In this document: one piece after another, positions 62,343-64,000 of the stretch
Numbering within the stretch: position 1 is the first letter of the stretch
Layout of the letters: every line of letters starts with the position of its first letter
The notes under the pieces: generated by a model
What the model saw: only the letters and a program-made list of their open reading frames with translations
Database searches by the model: none
Told to the model about the DNA's origin: nothing
From: a virus
Virus record (IMG/VR): IMGVR_UViG_3300029188_000196
Coordinates: 2,329 to 66,328 of that record
Reading direction: 5' to 3' (one strand)
DNA length: 64,000 nucleotides
Made by a program: the position numbers and the translations under genes

Positions 62343-64000
62343 TCAGTCTTTGCGGTACCACTCGCACTCGTAACCATCTGCACGAAGCGGGAGCTTGTCA
62401 TCGACCCAGTCCGGTGATTCGGCCATCATATCACAGAGTTCCTTGACTGAGGATTTACCATTGGGGACTTCCACGATCATTTCATCGTGAACGTGGGCAA
62501 CGATGTCAAACCCGGTGGCATCGACACGAAGCATAGCCTCTGCCAGAATATCTCTGGCGATTGCCTGAATGCAGTTCTCAACGAGTTTCGGGCCGTAAGT
62601 CATGATACGCTCCCATTTGCGTGTCTTACCGACACCCATGTAGGTCAGTTCCATACGATTGAAGCTGTTCAGCCGTTTTTCTGGCTCGATGTAAGCCAGC
62701 TTCCGTCCAGACGGCAGACAGATGAACAGCTTGTGGTCATAGTAACCAATCTTCAAACGGCCAGCTGTCTGCATCTTTCCCGTATCAAGAGCTTTGTTAG
62801 CGGCACGGTCAACATCCCACCAGAACTTCGTAATAGCAGGACTGGCGGCGCGCCACTGCTTGATGATATCCGGGAGTTCTTCCTCTTTCAGTCCTTTATC
62901 GATAGCTCCCATCGACTTCATTGCACCAACGCCGCCACCATAACCGAGGGCCAGCTCAGCGACCTTTCCGGTCGTTCTCAGCTCACCGTTGATGCCATGC
63001 TTCTCAACAGGTACATGGAACATCTGGCTGGCAGAAGCGCAATAGATATCCTTTCCTTCACGGAAAACATCCAACCGCCACTGCTCCCCTGCCATCCATG
63101 CAAGAACACGAGCCTCGATCTGGCTGAAGTCTGCCACAATGAACCGGCAGCCCGGTTTCGGAATAAACATGGTACGAATCAACTGAGAGAGCACATCTGG
63201 GGTGTTTTCGTAAATCATCTCAAGAACACCGAACTCTCCCATACGAACGAGCGTCCGGGCCTCTGCCAGAGTTTCAATGTGATTCTGCGGCAGGTTTTGA
63301 AGCTGCACGAGACGCCCTGCCCAACGACCAGTACGATTGGCACCCATAAACTGAAAACAACCGTGTATCCGGCCATCCTTGCACACGCTCCGTGCTGCTG
63401 CTTCATATTTTTTGACTGAGGACTTTGCCATCTTTGCCCGGAGTGCCAAAACCTCGATTGCTTCCGCATTAGAGGAGGCGTTCTTCTCTAGTTCTTTCAT
63501 GGTCTGCTTGACGGCCTTTTTAGAGAGGCTGTCGATTTCAACGCCCTGCTCCGAGAGCCATCCTTTTAATTGGGATACGCTATTGGGATTGTCACAGCCA
63601 GTCAGTTCATAGGCTCTTGCGGTAGCGGTTTCGCTGTGCATCACATCGCAGGCGATTGCCTGCTTTACCAGCTCCATATCTACTAGCACACCACGGTCAT
63701 TGATACGCTGGTCAAGGCGATACAGCTCCATTTCGTGCGGACTGATTGGATACAACGAGATTTTCTTCTCGATGTCACGTTCTGTCTCAACATCCTGGCA
63801 GCAGTAATATTTGAATTTGTCCCATTTTTCCGGTGCATGTTCCGGGAGATTCCAAGTGCGGCCACTGTTCAGTTTGGTAGGTTTGCACGGAACACAAAAG
63901 TAGCGGATCAGGTCGTGCCCCTCCTTATCTTTCTGCTCTACTGTTTTCAGGGCTTCTGCACAGCCCTCCAGAGACAGCGGCAGCGACAAGTAACAGGCCT
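62343..64000 (-). CDS. Family A DNA polymerase (partial; N-terminus beyond the window end)
   Basis: Motif A 'FIVADFSQIEARVLAW', motif B 'RTTGKVAELALGYGGGVGA', motif C 'VHDEMIVEV'. The ORF remains open up to the window edge. Confidence 0.85.
   Translation of the reverse strand, partial: ACYLSLPLSLEGCAEALKTVEQKDKEGHDLIRYFCVPCKPTKLNSGRTWNLPEHAPEKWDKFKYYCCQDVETERDIEKKISLYPISPHEMELYRLDQRINDRGVLVDMELVKQAIACDVMHSETATARAYELTGCDNPNSVSQLKGWLSEQGVEIDSLSKKAVKQTMKELEKNASSNAEAIEVLALRAKMAKSSVKKYEAAARSVCKDGRIHGCFQFMGANRTGRWAGRLVQLQNLPQNHIETLAEARTLVRMGEFGVLEMIYENTPDVLSQLIRTMFIPKPGCRFIVADFSQIEARVLAWMAGEQWRLDVFREGKDIYCASASQMFHVPVEKHGINGELRTTGKVAELALGYGGGVGAMKSMGAIDKGLKEEELPDIIKQWRAASPAITKFWWDVDRAANKALDTGKMQTAGRLKIGYYDHKLFICLPSGRKLAYIEPEKRLNSFNRMELTYMGVGKTRKWERIMTYGPKLVENCIQAIARDILAEAMLRVDATGFDIVAHVHDEMIVEVPNGKSSVKELCDMMAESPDWVDDKLPLRADGYECEWYRKD

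Noticed and set aside
62343-63989. Treating the DNA polymerase ORF as complete at the Met at 63989
   Set aside because: The reading frame remains open to the window end, and family-A polymerases are longer. The gene is called partial.

Overview
Essentially the whole window is mobile DNA from a Firmicutes/Clostridia-type genome (GGAGG ribosome-binding sites, about 50% GC). Coordinates 1-5717 carry a small integrative element: a large serine recombinase, a degenerate resolvase-like protein, an AAA_25 RecA-like ATPase and a divergent XRE regulator with palindromic operators. An AAA-ATPase/PD-(D/E)XK gene and an orphan gene follow at 5.9-8.0 kb. From about 8.1 kb to beyond 64 kb lies a 56+ kb siphovirus prophage, read entirely on the minus strand. 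In transcription order (64 kb down to 8 kb) it contains: a replication module (family-A DNA polymerase, DUF932, VirE-type primase-helicase, an iteron-rich putative origin, VRR-NUC, SNF2 helicase); a sigma factor; a MazF-like toxin with an unusual partner; a phage-encoded MetK; an HNH endonuclease; two zinc-ribbon/sigma-region-4 paralogs; three DNA methyltransferases (ParB-MTase, N6/N4, multispecific C5); an early region of about 15 small genes, 8 of which are driven by copies of one near-identical promoter-operator module and which include an amidoligase/GGCT/DUF3846 cluster; TerS/TerL, portal, ClpP protease, HK97 capsid and head-tail joining proteins; major tail protein, an SPFH moron, G/GT chaperone with an A_AAA_AAC -1 frameshift site, an ATPase moron, a 1.66-kaa tape measure protein, Dit, Tal and an SGNH tail fibre; holin, a LysM/SH3 protein and a three-domain endolysin; and finally two tandem large serine recombinases, the terminal one disrupted by a 10-bp tandem duplication. 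No tRNA, rRNA or CRISPR was detected.
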